DNA of 64,000 nucleotides from Carcharhinus amblyrhynchos (Eukaryota): the NCBI GenBank assembly GCA_965287045.1, contig OZ336878.1, positions 56,482,001 to 56,546,000 of the forward strand, written 5' to 3'. The notes beneath the pieces were generated by a model, which was not told the origin of the DNA, ran no database searches, and worked only from the letters and a program-made list of their open reading frames with translations. Positions 25,773-37,132 of the stretch are shown here, one piece after another; position 1 is the stretch's first letter, and every line of letters starts with the position of its first letter. The translations under genes were made by a program, and so were the position numbers.

Positions 25773-26092
25773 GGGGTGGCACAGTGGCACAGTGGTTAGC
25801 ACTGCTGCTTCACAGTGCCTGGGACCCAGTTCTATTCCCAGCTTGGGTCACTGTCTGTGTGGAGTTTGCACATTCTCTCCGTGTCTACGTGTGTTTCCTC
25901 CGGGTGCTCTGGTTTCTTCCCACAGTCCACAAATGTGCAGGTTAGGTGGATTGGCCATGCTAAATTGTCCCTTAGTGTCAGAGGGGCTAGCTAGGCTAAA
26001 TGCATGGGATTATGGGGATAGGGCCTGGGTGGGATTGTGGTTGGTGCAGACTTGATGGGCTGAATGGCCTCCTTCTGCACTGTATGATGCTA
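25773..26092 (+). mobile_element. HE1/V-SINE
   Basis: gggtggcacagtggcacagtggttagcactgctg head, V-core, tail gggctgaatggcctccttctgcactgta. Confidence 0.9.
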
Positions 26093-27312
26093 GTTCCGCC
26101 TATTTGGCTTGGTATGTTATGTTGGCTGTGTGGGAAACACACTGTTCTAACAATGGATCACAGAACCCATTAGAAAAGAATGCAACTTCAATGCTAAAAG
26201 CTGTATAAAGACTGATTTGTTTTAATGTTTGAAATTGCAGGAAAAGCACAGAAACCATTCAGTTGAGATCAGATAAAAATACTTCTAATGATTTGGAATG
26301 AGTGATAGGAACAATTTGAAATAAAGTTTGTTCCGTCCCTTTTAATGAAGATTTAGTAATTAACATAATCATTTTTGGTTATGCAAATTTTTCAACCCAT
26401 TCAAAGTACTGTACAAGCTTTCTAGGCAAGAGATTCCTCACTCTATTATTCCAGTTCTTTAAACAATTTGCAGCTGGAAAGGAGAACTGAAACATTGTAT
26501 AATAGGTAAGAATGCCATGGAGAGTTTCAGATTGCATAACACTATTCAATAAAAGCCATATAATATGCTGGATGCATCCATATAAACATGAATGTTAACT
26601 ACATGGCTAAAGCACTGATTTCGTAGCCACAATGGGTTTCTATTCTTCATTTAGTTTTGTATATTTTTCTGAACACTATCAAGAATGAAACATTTTTGAT
26701 TGCATTTTACATGACCAAACTGAGTGCATTTATCAGTGCGGGAGGCACATAAAACAGGACTGGTGCCTATACCCCACCCCTCCCCATTGCCCCCCATCTT
26801 CCCACCCATCCCCAAGTTCACCCTGTAAGCTGGGAGGTGGGCAGGCAGCCCATCCGCTATAGTCAAATAGACAATCAAGAGTTAATTTGGCCTGTTGACC
26901 CAGATGATGCATTGTCCATGCCATGAAATGCTTGGCATGGGCAGTCAGATGGGTATGGGCAGACAGATTTTTTAAAAATAACCTCTTCAAAGGGCTGGAA
27001 GGAAGTGGGAGGGTGTTCTAGGGCTGCCCATTGCTGAGTTTGGGGCTTCTGCTGAAGATAAAATGCTCCTTTCTTCTTGCTTAAACTACCCTCCTCACTC
27101 CCGTCCCTGCCCTACTGAAACCCTCCCTGCCTGTGACCCCTGACTTATCTGTTTCTGGGGATCCAGGGGCTTCCCCTGTGTGCAGTCATGGCAGGGCCCA
27201 GAAATACAGTCTTGGCACGACTATGACTGATGGAATGGCTGGCCAATCTGATTGGACAGTAGCTCCTTTGGGTAGGATTTTCTTCCGAGTGAGGGATGGA
27301 AGTCCAGCTTGA

Positions 27313-28990
27313 TGAAGTAGTATAAGGGTATCTGGCATTGGAAGGTTTAATAATGAATTGGGAAATAGTACCAACCACAGTGTGATGTAAAGAGGCACAT
27401 GACTTGAGACTAGGGTCAGTTGTGAACTGGACAGAGATCTGTGTAGAAACAAACATGGAGTTAGCTCAGAGCTTGAGCTATACTCTATAGACGTACAGAG
27501 CAATATGTTATCGATAAACAATGTTCAACTACATACTTAGAACTTCTTTGTGCAACCGACTGAACCTATAACATTTGACATGGTGGCAGCTATTGGAAAA
27601 CCTCAGAAGCTGAAGCAGAAATTCAAAAGCTGGAAAATTAAAGGAGCAGCATTTCTGACCCAACCGAAAGCACCTGAAGTGGAGTCACAGAGGGGATTGC
27701 CGGAAAGAAGCTCCACTGCAGAATTGGGAACAGAAAGAAAGAAGAAAAAGCTGAGGACTCTGCAAGATACCATGGAGATCTATTGTGAATGCCCACAGAG
27801 TGCAGAGCCTAAGATCCAAACAGGGGTGAGCAAACATATTCAGTTCTAAGCCAGAATTAGCTTTAATAGCTTCAGTGCCATTTAAAAAAAGTCAGAGCAA
27901 ACCATTTCTCAAAGCACTGCAGGTAGCTGGGGTTTCAGAGTTTGTGCCATGTGGCGGCTGAACTTCTTGGAAGAAAAGAAAAAGAAGTGGAAGGGATAAA
28001 AACCTCTGTCAAAAGCTGGAAATCAGTTGTAAAATGCCCCAAATTCCTCCAATATTGCAGGGAAGGCCCAAGAGTTGATTGAGTAAATTGCTGCCCAAAA
28101 GTAAAGACAAAAAGAGGTCACATAACCATCACGTCAGGAGCCTGGCAAAACATGACAAGTGTGAGAAGGTGCTTTAAAAGAAATTGATTACTGCAGTGCC
28201 ATCTTTAAAAGCTGCTCAGGATTTAAAGCTGTACTCACCCGAATTTTAAAGCAACCATGGACAACAAATTAATGTTACCAGAGCCATTTCCACTTAGCCA
28301 AGGGCCAGAGCATTACAAAACTGGGGACTTTGGTGGAAAAGATTCTTGAGATCAATGATAGCATCAGGTTTAAATAAAAAGACAGAAGCTGAGTCATAGT
28401 AGAGCCGATGAGTCAATGATCTTATTATGAGGCAAGGAATAAATGGATCCTCAGGTAAATTTGATAAAGTTCTATAATCTGCCAACAGCACTGATTCATT
28501 TTACGTGGTGAAATCAAGCCATGGGACAGAATGGCTCTAACTGTCCAGCTAATGAAGCGACAAATGAGCTGAGACACCAGACCAAGAAAGTTAATACCAA
28601 AACAGACCACAAGAGGGTAGGCGACCATATCAGTGCTGTGAAGCCAAATGACACCTCAGGCAGGAGCGATGTCCAGCAATCTTACTACAGTGTTTAAACT
28701 GCAACTGCCTGTGAGACTTTGGAAAATTATGCAAAGCTAAGAAAGACATGCAGATGGGCGCAGCAATCCAGGAGGTCGAGATACTAAACCAGGAAGTTTA
28801 GTACCTCAAGGTACTAAAGGAAGGTCAAGGATCCTGGATTCCCTTCATGGAACGCTGACATTTTGGTAAATGGTTATTTTCCCAACTTCAAATTGGACAC
28901 GGGAGCCAGTGTTATGATCCTGTCAGATAAGGAAATGTGGTTGAGGGACCTTTGGCTCCAAACAGATACATGACTTATCCGCCTGGAGAA
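27313..28990 (+). mobile_element. Gypsy LTR retrotransposon, 5' part (LTR, PBS, gag, protease), degenerate
   Basis: LTR ends ...GACA at 27580, followed by PBS TGGTGGCAGC; degenerate CCHC knuckle (CLNC...LC) at ~28690; protease FKLDTGASV at ~28890. Confidence 0.8.
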
Positions 28991-29563
28991 ATCTGACTTC
29001 CAGCCATAGGCATGGTCCTTGAAGCACTATAATATTCGAATTCAGATAAATATTCAGAAAACAAATATTTTCTGACATAATTTCATGTAATTATCTTTTA
29101 AAAAGCAGAAGCATAACAATGTGTAAACAGAAAGAAAGCGAAAACTGATCCTTCACGTAAAGCAATAACTTCCCTGTTCCTACACTCCCAAAAACCCCTT
29201 TCAAAACTGCAGGCAAATCGAGGAAAATTATATTTACTATCTGTTCTAATGAAAGCTTTTGATGCATAATTTTGCAAAAGGGTATATTTTTAGTTAGGAC
29301 TCTAAGCCGGTATTACATTAAAGAACAGGCTTAAACTTCATTAAAACGAATTACAAAGTACAAAAGAGGACAGACCTTTTGGCTCAAATAGTTCTTGATG
29401 GAGTTCATACTTTACCAAACTGTACCAGTTCCCTTGTCATTAAAGCTTATTGTATAAATCTTCCCTTTAAGTGTTCATCTAACCTTTCAATTTAAGTTAG
29501 GTTTTAATTATCATTTCAACTTTATGTAAAAATGATTCAAAATAGGTGCTGATTGTTACATAC

Positions 29564-29692
29564 CAATACAAGGCCTTCCGACTCCCTGAGATCTGTAACC
29601 CCTTGGACAAACACAGCGATAGCTCCCTTGTGTATTTTCACAGATCTGGTTGTACCGACACTGATGGGTGCCATCTCTGCATTCATTGATAT
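29564..29692 (-). CDS. HMCN1: Hemicentin-1 exon (cbEGF)
   Basis: DINECRDGTHQCRYNQICENTQGSYRCVCPRGYRSQGVGRPCI; 129 bp. Confidence 0.95.
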
Positions 29693-31205
29693 CTGTAGAG
29701 AAACATTTATCAAAACTGCACTAATGCACAACATATCTTCTCAAGTTGTGCCTTGCTATAGATTTGGTTCCATTGCTCACTGAGAAGGGTACTGCACTTC
29801 ACGTGAGAATAAGAAGTGTGCAAAATATTCAATTTAGTAACTGAGAAATACGTTAAGATCCATCACAGGGCAAACAGAAAAAAATAAAATTACTCTATGA
29901 TAAGTATTTTTAAAAAGACAAACATGGCACTGCTATTGGGCACGAGACAATCATGTGATTAAGATTATTTAACTTCATCTGATATAAACAGATTAAGTAT
30001 AATTTAAAAAACAAAGCATTTGAGCACTGAGGATGACACATCATATATTCACCATACCTGCTCTTCCCAACATATGTCACCCAGTTCATCAGTTACTCAT
30101 TTCCCCCATCTGAACCAAAGTGGAATGAGTGTACTCCACTGCAAATTTCCACTGCACCCAATTCAATTTGGGCAATTTTATATAGAATACTGATTTGTCA
30201 GAATTAAAATATTATCAGTTATGTCACCAGCCCTCCAACTGTTAAAAGGAGGGATTTTCAACTGGCTACTCATTTCATGTCATCACCATTGCCACCTCAC
30301 TAACATTGTTTGACTCCATCTCTGGCTTATCCATGTCTTTGTTACCTCTTGACTTGACTATTTCCAAAGATTGTCAGTCTCTCACGTTCTACTCTTTGTA
30401 CATTTGAGGCCACTCAAAATTCTATTGCCTGTGTCCTAGCCTATACCAAGTCCTGTTCACTATTATCCAAGTGCTTGCTCTCCCTCAAGTTGTTTTTGTT
30501 GTTCAAAAAAAATGGGCGACCAACTGAGGGAAATCTGATTTGCACTCATCTGTCTGGCTGAAATTGAGTTTCAGATAGATCTTTAAATGAACATCCAACA
30601 CATCCTTACTCTCCTCCAGACAAAATCTACTCAGGAAGCTAAATATCCAGATAGTGTTCTTACTTCTGCTGTATGGTCCTGAGTGCAATTTTCATACAGA
30701 AATAGTGTATGGTCACTGTGGATGGGACTATATTGCACCCATTTAATGTCCAAGTATAAAATCTCTTCCAATATTTTTTTATGGATTGTGATATGAATGG
30801 CCTACTCTAGGATAACACTGGATATCACTACAGGAGATGATTACCTTCTCGGATATCATCTTAACACTTAAACCCAATCAAACAAATAGCACAGGTGAAC
30901 TTAGGAAGAGGACATTAAGTTACATTTCTTCTTGCCGATTGCGATTTAATTGCTGAATTGTTTCAATATGTTAAAGTTTAGTATTTGATCTTTGGTTTTG
31001 TATCCCATCTCTATAATAACTGACAATGGTAACTTATTTTTAGGTATCGATAGTTCTATGCTAACACAATGTGGCACATCTTATGCGTTTAATATGGTCC
31101 TTAATTAATCTGAACCCTCTTGAGAAAAATAATCTCTTGACAAATAATCAGTAAACATATCTATTAATGCAGAAATGAGAATGATCTGCATTGCTTTCAA
31201 CCTAC

Positions 31206-31331
31206 CAACGCAACTCCCATTTTCAGCTTTGGTCATTCCAGCAGGACACAGATCAATGCATCTGAATCCGCCTCGCGTGTTCTTGCATTGCTGGTCAGCT
31301 TGACATACATTCTGTCTGCACTCGTTGATAT
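31206..31331 (-). CDS. HMCN1: Hemicentin-1 exon (cbEGF)
   Basis: DINECRQNVCQADQQCKNTRGGFRCIDLCPAGMTKAENGSCV; 126 bp. Confidence 0.95.
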
Positions 31332-31649
31332 CTAACAATAAAATGCAGAGCACACACAACAGTTTTTCAGTTGATGAACTTTGATGACTTTAATACAGCT
31401 TCTTTGTGCAATCCACACTATTGGATTTATATTAAATGATTCACAATGTTTTAAAATTTAAATATTTGTAGCTTATTTACATAAAACTGATGTACATTTC
31501 TTTCTCTACTTGTTGACAAATTGGAAAAAATCATTACTCAAGTCATGCTTACTGAGACAGAGTGAAGGATTACATTGCATATGATTATGAAGCAGTTTGT
31601 TTAAATTATGTTTGACATCAGGTTTACATAGCCTGTTCATTGTACCTAC

Positions 31650-31763
31650 CCACACATCTTCTACCTCGTAGTTGATAACCTCGATTGCATACACACCGGT
31701 AGCTCCCAATGGTATTCAGACAGCGATGTTGACATGGATTAGATTCTTGGCATTCATTGATGT
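31650..31763 (-). CDS. HMCN1: Hemicentin-1 exon (cbEGF)
   Basis: DINECQESNPCQHRCLNTIGSYRCVCNRGYQLRGRRCV; 114 bp. Confidence 0.95.
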
Positions 31764-32601
31764 CTACCAGACAGAAAATGTTAATGGTAGTTTGTATAAT
31801 CAAGCTTGCATACCTTGCCCTTCCAAAAGGGCTGAACTTGCATTTATTTATAAAGATCCCAAAGTGCATCTCAAGTGAATAACCATAAAGAAATCATTAA
31901 TTCTGGAGTTGAAGCTTATGGAACTGAGGACCAATTATTGATCTGGTTAGGAAAATGGCTCAGTGAAAAGAGATAAAGAGAAAGGCAGGCCGTGTTAGGG
32001 ACTCAACTATCTGGGTGTCATTGGCTGGTCCAGCATTTACTGCCCATCCCTAATTGCTCTTCTGATGGTTGTGATGAGCCGCCTTCTTGAACCACAGAAG
32101 TCCATGTGATGTAGTTACAATGACAGTGCTGTAAAGGAGTAGTTCACAACTTTTTACTGTATCCATTAACTGAGATGATGGAATGGAAAGCCACAGATGG
32201 GATTTTTAGCCCCCTGTTATAGTGGGGTCAGACGAGATGGACCTAAAAGTAATACCACCGGTGGGCATGTCATTTCCCTGATTCTGTCTTGTCCCCCCAG
32301 CTATTTTCCCAGAGTTGGAATGGTATTTCACTTTGTCCAAACTGTTTACAGGCTAACCTGCGCCATCCATACTCTCCTTTTTTGTTAATTTAGAAAGTGG
32401 TCTTGTTAAATGAGTTACGTAGTCCTGCATTAAATATTAGCATGGAATGATGATTGTGGCCATTCAGGCTTCCCTCCTTCTCCAACCCACACTCCCATGC
32501 ATCTTTGACTTTCCTTCACCCATGCATGTGCTATGAAAAAATACCAGAATATTCCTCAACTCATTTCAAGAAACATAAAGCTTTTGGAACAGCAACAATA
32601 C

Positions 32602-32736
32602 CTTGACAACTTAATCCCTCGAGTGTTCGTCTAAAACCAATGCCACATCTCACTACACAGCGATATGAACCAATGGTATTTTCACAGTCTTGTCCACCAT
32701 GACATGTGTGACCACCTAAAGTGCACTCGTCGACAT
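32602..32736 (-). CDS. HMCN1: Hemicentin-1 exon (cbEGF)
   Basis: DVDECTLGGHTCHGGQDCENTIGSYRCVVRCGIGFRRTLEGLSCQ; 135 bp. Confidence 0.95.
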
Positions 32737-34134
32737 CTGAAGAAATAATGACCAGAAATTGCACTTTTACATTCTATTAATCAGGTGAAAAGAGTTCAGA
32801 TTGCCTGTTTAGGGTCAGTCAAATTTTAGAATACTTAGAAATTCAGGGAGTATTTCTATTTAATTGTGGTTCTAAGACTTCTGTCATTGGTCTTTACATT
32901 TCAAACCATGACCAAAAGCTACTATTGAACAGTACTGTGATAATGCTGGGGAATGGAACGTCTTCCCACATTTTGTCCTGCCAATCAGTATGGAATATTC
33001 ACATACCAACTGTACCAGCAGAACCCTGGATAATGGGTTAGCAATTAAAATAGGGAATTTTCACTCTAACCTATCTTAGAAATATTCCTCTAGGCTTTAG
33101 AAGATCATCTTCTATTGTTCTACTGAATTATTCCAGTGACGGATGCTGGCAATTTGAATGATTATTTGCTGTTTACATTCCCAGTAAGAACTGCGTTTGG
33201 AGAGACAAATTTGAGACTTCAGCTTGTTATCCTTAGCTTTATTCCAATCCAAACCCCCAGAAATGATTTGGTGTCTAATCATACATTTTGGGGTCTGGCG
33301 AAAAGTCATTGACCTAAAATGTTAGTCCTACCTTTCTCTCTCCGCAGGTATTGCCTGACTTACTGAGTACTCCCACCATTTTTGTTTTAATTGCTAATAC
33401 ATTGGTTGGGATGCTGCTTAATGGAGCAGAAGTCAGGAGACTGACTTTGACCAACCTTTCCAAATCCACCCTAACCTTGAACCACTTTCCTGAATTGGAA
33501 GTCATTTGCGATGTACAGTTGGTTCCTGGTATGATTTCCATTGCTAGGAAGGGGCCCAACAAGGCATAGAGGACAATCCAAATCGTGGTGCAGTGGCGCT
33601 GAAATGCTGTGGGAACACTTAAAGAGGCAGTGGCCTCTGGAAGCATGTATAAAACTCCCACTAAAGCATTCGTCAAGACGGATATACTAAGCAATGGTGC
33701 TGAGCTTGAACTAAAGGTCAGGAAGCTATTACAAAATCCCTTCCCTCCATTTATGGATCTCGAGGTATTTAGCATACTTTCTGGGGTTTACCAACTTCTT
33801 CCATATCACTGCCTTTGCAAGTGGTGAAGGAGGCAGATGAAGGGAAAATTCTATGCGGATTTCAGACCTGTTCCCTCGTTTCACTTGATGTGACAAATGG
33901 AGAAACAGCAGTTATTTAATGGAGCTTTTCTTTGCTGAGGAAGGGAAATTCAGTTTATGGCAGTATGGTGGCAATAGGCCTCACTAACTACACTTCCTGT
34001 CATTTTCTGTCATAAATTTAGGGTGGGAGTTCAGAGGATGATCAGGCCTGTTGCGGCACTCAACCATCTGTGCACATTAAGGGTTATTTAATGGCGCAGT
34101 GCCTCAATTGTGGTCAGTGTAGATCTGAGAATGG

Positions 34135-34136
<2 letters not shown>

Positions 34137-34167
<31 letters not shown>
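34137..34167. repeat. (TG)n microsatellite
   Basis: About 15 GT units. Confidence 0.9.
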
Positions 34168-34169
<2 letters not shown>

Positions 34170-34401
34170 CTTATATATCAGTAAATATTTATTTTAATTG
34201 AAACCAAAACCAATTAATCCATTTGGACTATTAAAATATATTTATAACCATTTTTAATTTAAAAATGTTTATATCTTTAAAGAAGCTACACTCTTAATTT
34301 GTTCAAGGAATTTTGCCACAAATTTCTGGAAAGTTTGCTTAAGAATTAACTCTTGTGCTGAATGTTGATTTAAAATTTTATTCAGTAGAAATTCAATGCA
34401 C

Positions 34402-34521
34402 CTTGACAGGTTCTTCCATCAGCAGATATGGTGAGACCTTTTGGGCATGAACAGTAGTATGTTCCCATTGCATTGTGGCATAAATGAGAGCAGGGCTTCC
34501 GAAAGGCACATTCATCTTCAT
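34402..34521 (-). CDS. HMCN1: Hemicentin-1 exon (first cbEGF)
   Basis: DEDECAFRKPCSHLCHNAMGTYYCSCPKGLTISADGRTCQ; 120 bp; not in the ORF track. Confidence 0.93.
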
Positions 34522-34631
34522 CTGTATTGAATCACAAAAAGTTTTAAACAAGGTTTTATGTCAATTGTTTTATCGGAGGAGTATTTGTAAAAGAAAACAT
34601 GCTCGGTTTTGAATGAAAGTACTCTACTCAC

Positions 34632-34694
34632 CTGAACAATAGGGCCCAACTGAATCCAAAGCAAAACCATTTGGACACTGGTTACTACGGTCAC
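34632..34694 (-). CDS. HMCN1: Hemicentin-1 small exon (G2F-EGF linker)
   Basis: GDRSNQCPNGFALDSVGPYCS; 63 bp; CAG/GTGAGT. Confidence 0.9.
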
Positions 34695-34851
34695 CTGTAT
34701 TGAGCAAATAACTGTTACTCTGTATTTAAGCACTTGCAGCCACAGCTTTCTCCTTGCTGATATGTTACTTCAGCCAAGTTAACAGCTTATTAACTACAAG
34801 TCCTAAGTCCTACAATGGCAATAAATTTCTTATAAGATTTCTTTTCATTAC

Positions 34852-35089
34852 CTTTAGTGATGATAGCATGAATCTTGTATTCTAGAATTTCATCCATTGG
34901 GTTGTATTCTGCTGCAATGGATGTAGCGTGGAGTGTCTCTACTAAGTACGGCATTCGGCCTCGATTAGGACTGTATGTAATGGTGTGATTCCAAGAATAT
35001 GGTACACTGGCATCATCTACTGTAAACATCCTGGTAGAGTAGGCATAAATCTGACCTGGTCCAATCTGAATGTAGTCTTCTGTGTAATC
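34852..35089 (-). CDS. HMCN1: Hemicentin-1 exon (G2F domain)
   Basis: DYTEDYIQIGPGQIYAYSTRMFTVDDASVPYSWNHTITY...YKIHAIITK; 238 bp. Confidence 0.94.
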
Positions 35090-36378
35090 CTGAACACATC
35101 ATAAAATTACATGAAATTACAATGTTTTCATTTTTCCTCTGTATATAAAAATTATGATATTTATATGGATTTGTGGTGGGTGACCAAGAATACATTGACC
35201 TTGTTTTCTGAACTATGCTACATAATGGCTCAAGGTTGTAGAAAAAATAATGGACAGTGAATAATGCATGCCATCATTAATGTACAAATTAGCCAGCAAT
35301 TCATGATGAGATATCCTGTGAATTGGAAGTCGCCATTGGTTGCTGGCCAACTTGTGCACTCTGTTACTGACTGTGCAAAAATGGTATCTTGTCCTTAAAC
35401 TTCCTTTAATTTTCATGAAGTTGCGGCATTGGCACATTAACTATCCATTAAACTTGGCAAAGGAAGTCAAATCTTAACTAACAGTGCAAACACCCTTTTA
35501 AGAACATAATGATTGTTAATGACGGACAATCAACTCCCCAAAGTAACCAGTTGAAAGTGCAGACTAGATTCTCATTCCTTCAGGTTGTGAAATATTATTG
35601 GAGATAGAAAAATGCCAAATTTGACATTTAAAAAGAAATTTTGATTTCTATTTTTTTAATTGATTTCTTGCCTTTCTCTCTATTTTATTTCCTTACCTGA
35701 TTTGACATTAATATCACATTTTTAGTTCACGCTCTAATACTTCCTATGTTTACTTTGCAATCCTTTAATTATTTAAGGGGTGCACATTTTACGCTGATGC
35801 TCATCAAGGTCCCAGATGTGCTGTAGACCTTGCCATACCTTAGTCAGCTCACACTTCCAGCAATTTTGTGGGCAAAAACGTTTAAAACCTAGTCTTACAG
35901 TAACAAATCTATCAAGGTGCCCTGCTAGATGCTCCACTCCAGCAAAATCTGAGTTAATACAAGTATATTCAAATACTGGAGTAATGATAATATGAGGTTT
36001 GATGAGGACTAGCATGTGACTGATTTGTTTCATATATATGCACACACACACACATTTGGTCACCAGAGGTTAGAGCTATTTATAAAGCAGCAGACATTTT
36101 TGCATGCATGCATTCAGATATTTACAGAAACTGTACAAGCAGAATCCTTTATTAACAAACAGTGTGATACCACAGCAACTCTAAAAAGCACTTACTCATT
36201 GACTGTAATGTGTGAAATTAAGTTTGGGCCCCATTAAGACTTCTGGCTTTAAAATTGGAGCATGCACTATCAAGCACGGTAGACTTCTACACCTTAAAAT
36301 GTGCCAGTACTGAGATTTGGGTGGAAATCCGCATGCATTTCAACCTACTTTTTTTTTTAAAAGACATTCTTATAGTAC

Positions 36379-36500
36379 CTTAACATTAAGGTTTACGGAT
36401 GATGGTAGTTGCAGCACATATCCATTCACCACAATGTCCAGTAATAGTGCCCCATCTGAGTCCAAGCCTCTAGCAATGTGCGTCATTCGTAGTATCTCTC
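36379..36500 (-). CDS. HMCN1: Hemicentin-1 exon (G2F domain)
   Basis: GEILRMTHIARGLDSDGALLLDIVVNGYVLQLPSSVNLNVK; 122 bp. Confidence 0.93.
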
Positions 36501-37132
36501 CTAGAAACCACAGCGGCCAAACCAAAAAGAATTCTCACTCATGCAGCCTGTGCTGTTATCAATGCTCCACTGTGTGGCATTGAATTCAGTGCTAAGAGAT
36601 TACAGGACATAAATACATAAAAAGTGCTGGGTACTAACACTCTGGCATGGGGGTCTTATTCAAAGTTTTAAAAAAAATATTGTGTTTATTGGCATTTTCA
36701 TTGTCTTTATAATTAATTCACTGCTCCTGGTACATTTTAAAATTAACCTAAATGTAACATCAAAACCTTGACAATTGCTTTTACTTTAAAAATTCAACAT
36801 TTTAACTTTACAAATTCTTTATCAGGGCAGTGGTTTCCAACTGGAGGCTTGAAGGCTGTGTGCAGCTCCTGTAAAAAGTCTGACAACACCACAGGGGATC
36901 CCTCAACACTGAGCAAATTCCTATTTGTACTTAGATTTTGTTATGTGGTTCTGTTTGAATTCTAAGAGTCTATATAGAGCTTATTATGTAATGGCTTTTA
37001 AGTATTATTGCCGGAATAATGGAATCTGTTAGTAGCAATGTACAATAGATACAATTTAATGGGAATAACATTTTGATGTTATTTGTGACTCTCATACTCC
37101 ATGGTGTGCATGGATGATATGTTGCTTTGAAT

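Noticed and set aside
25773-25850. tRNA gene (also SINE heads at ~22770-22840 and ~51300-51378)
   Set aside because: tRNA-derived heads of V-SINEs that continue into the SINE core and tail.
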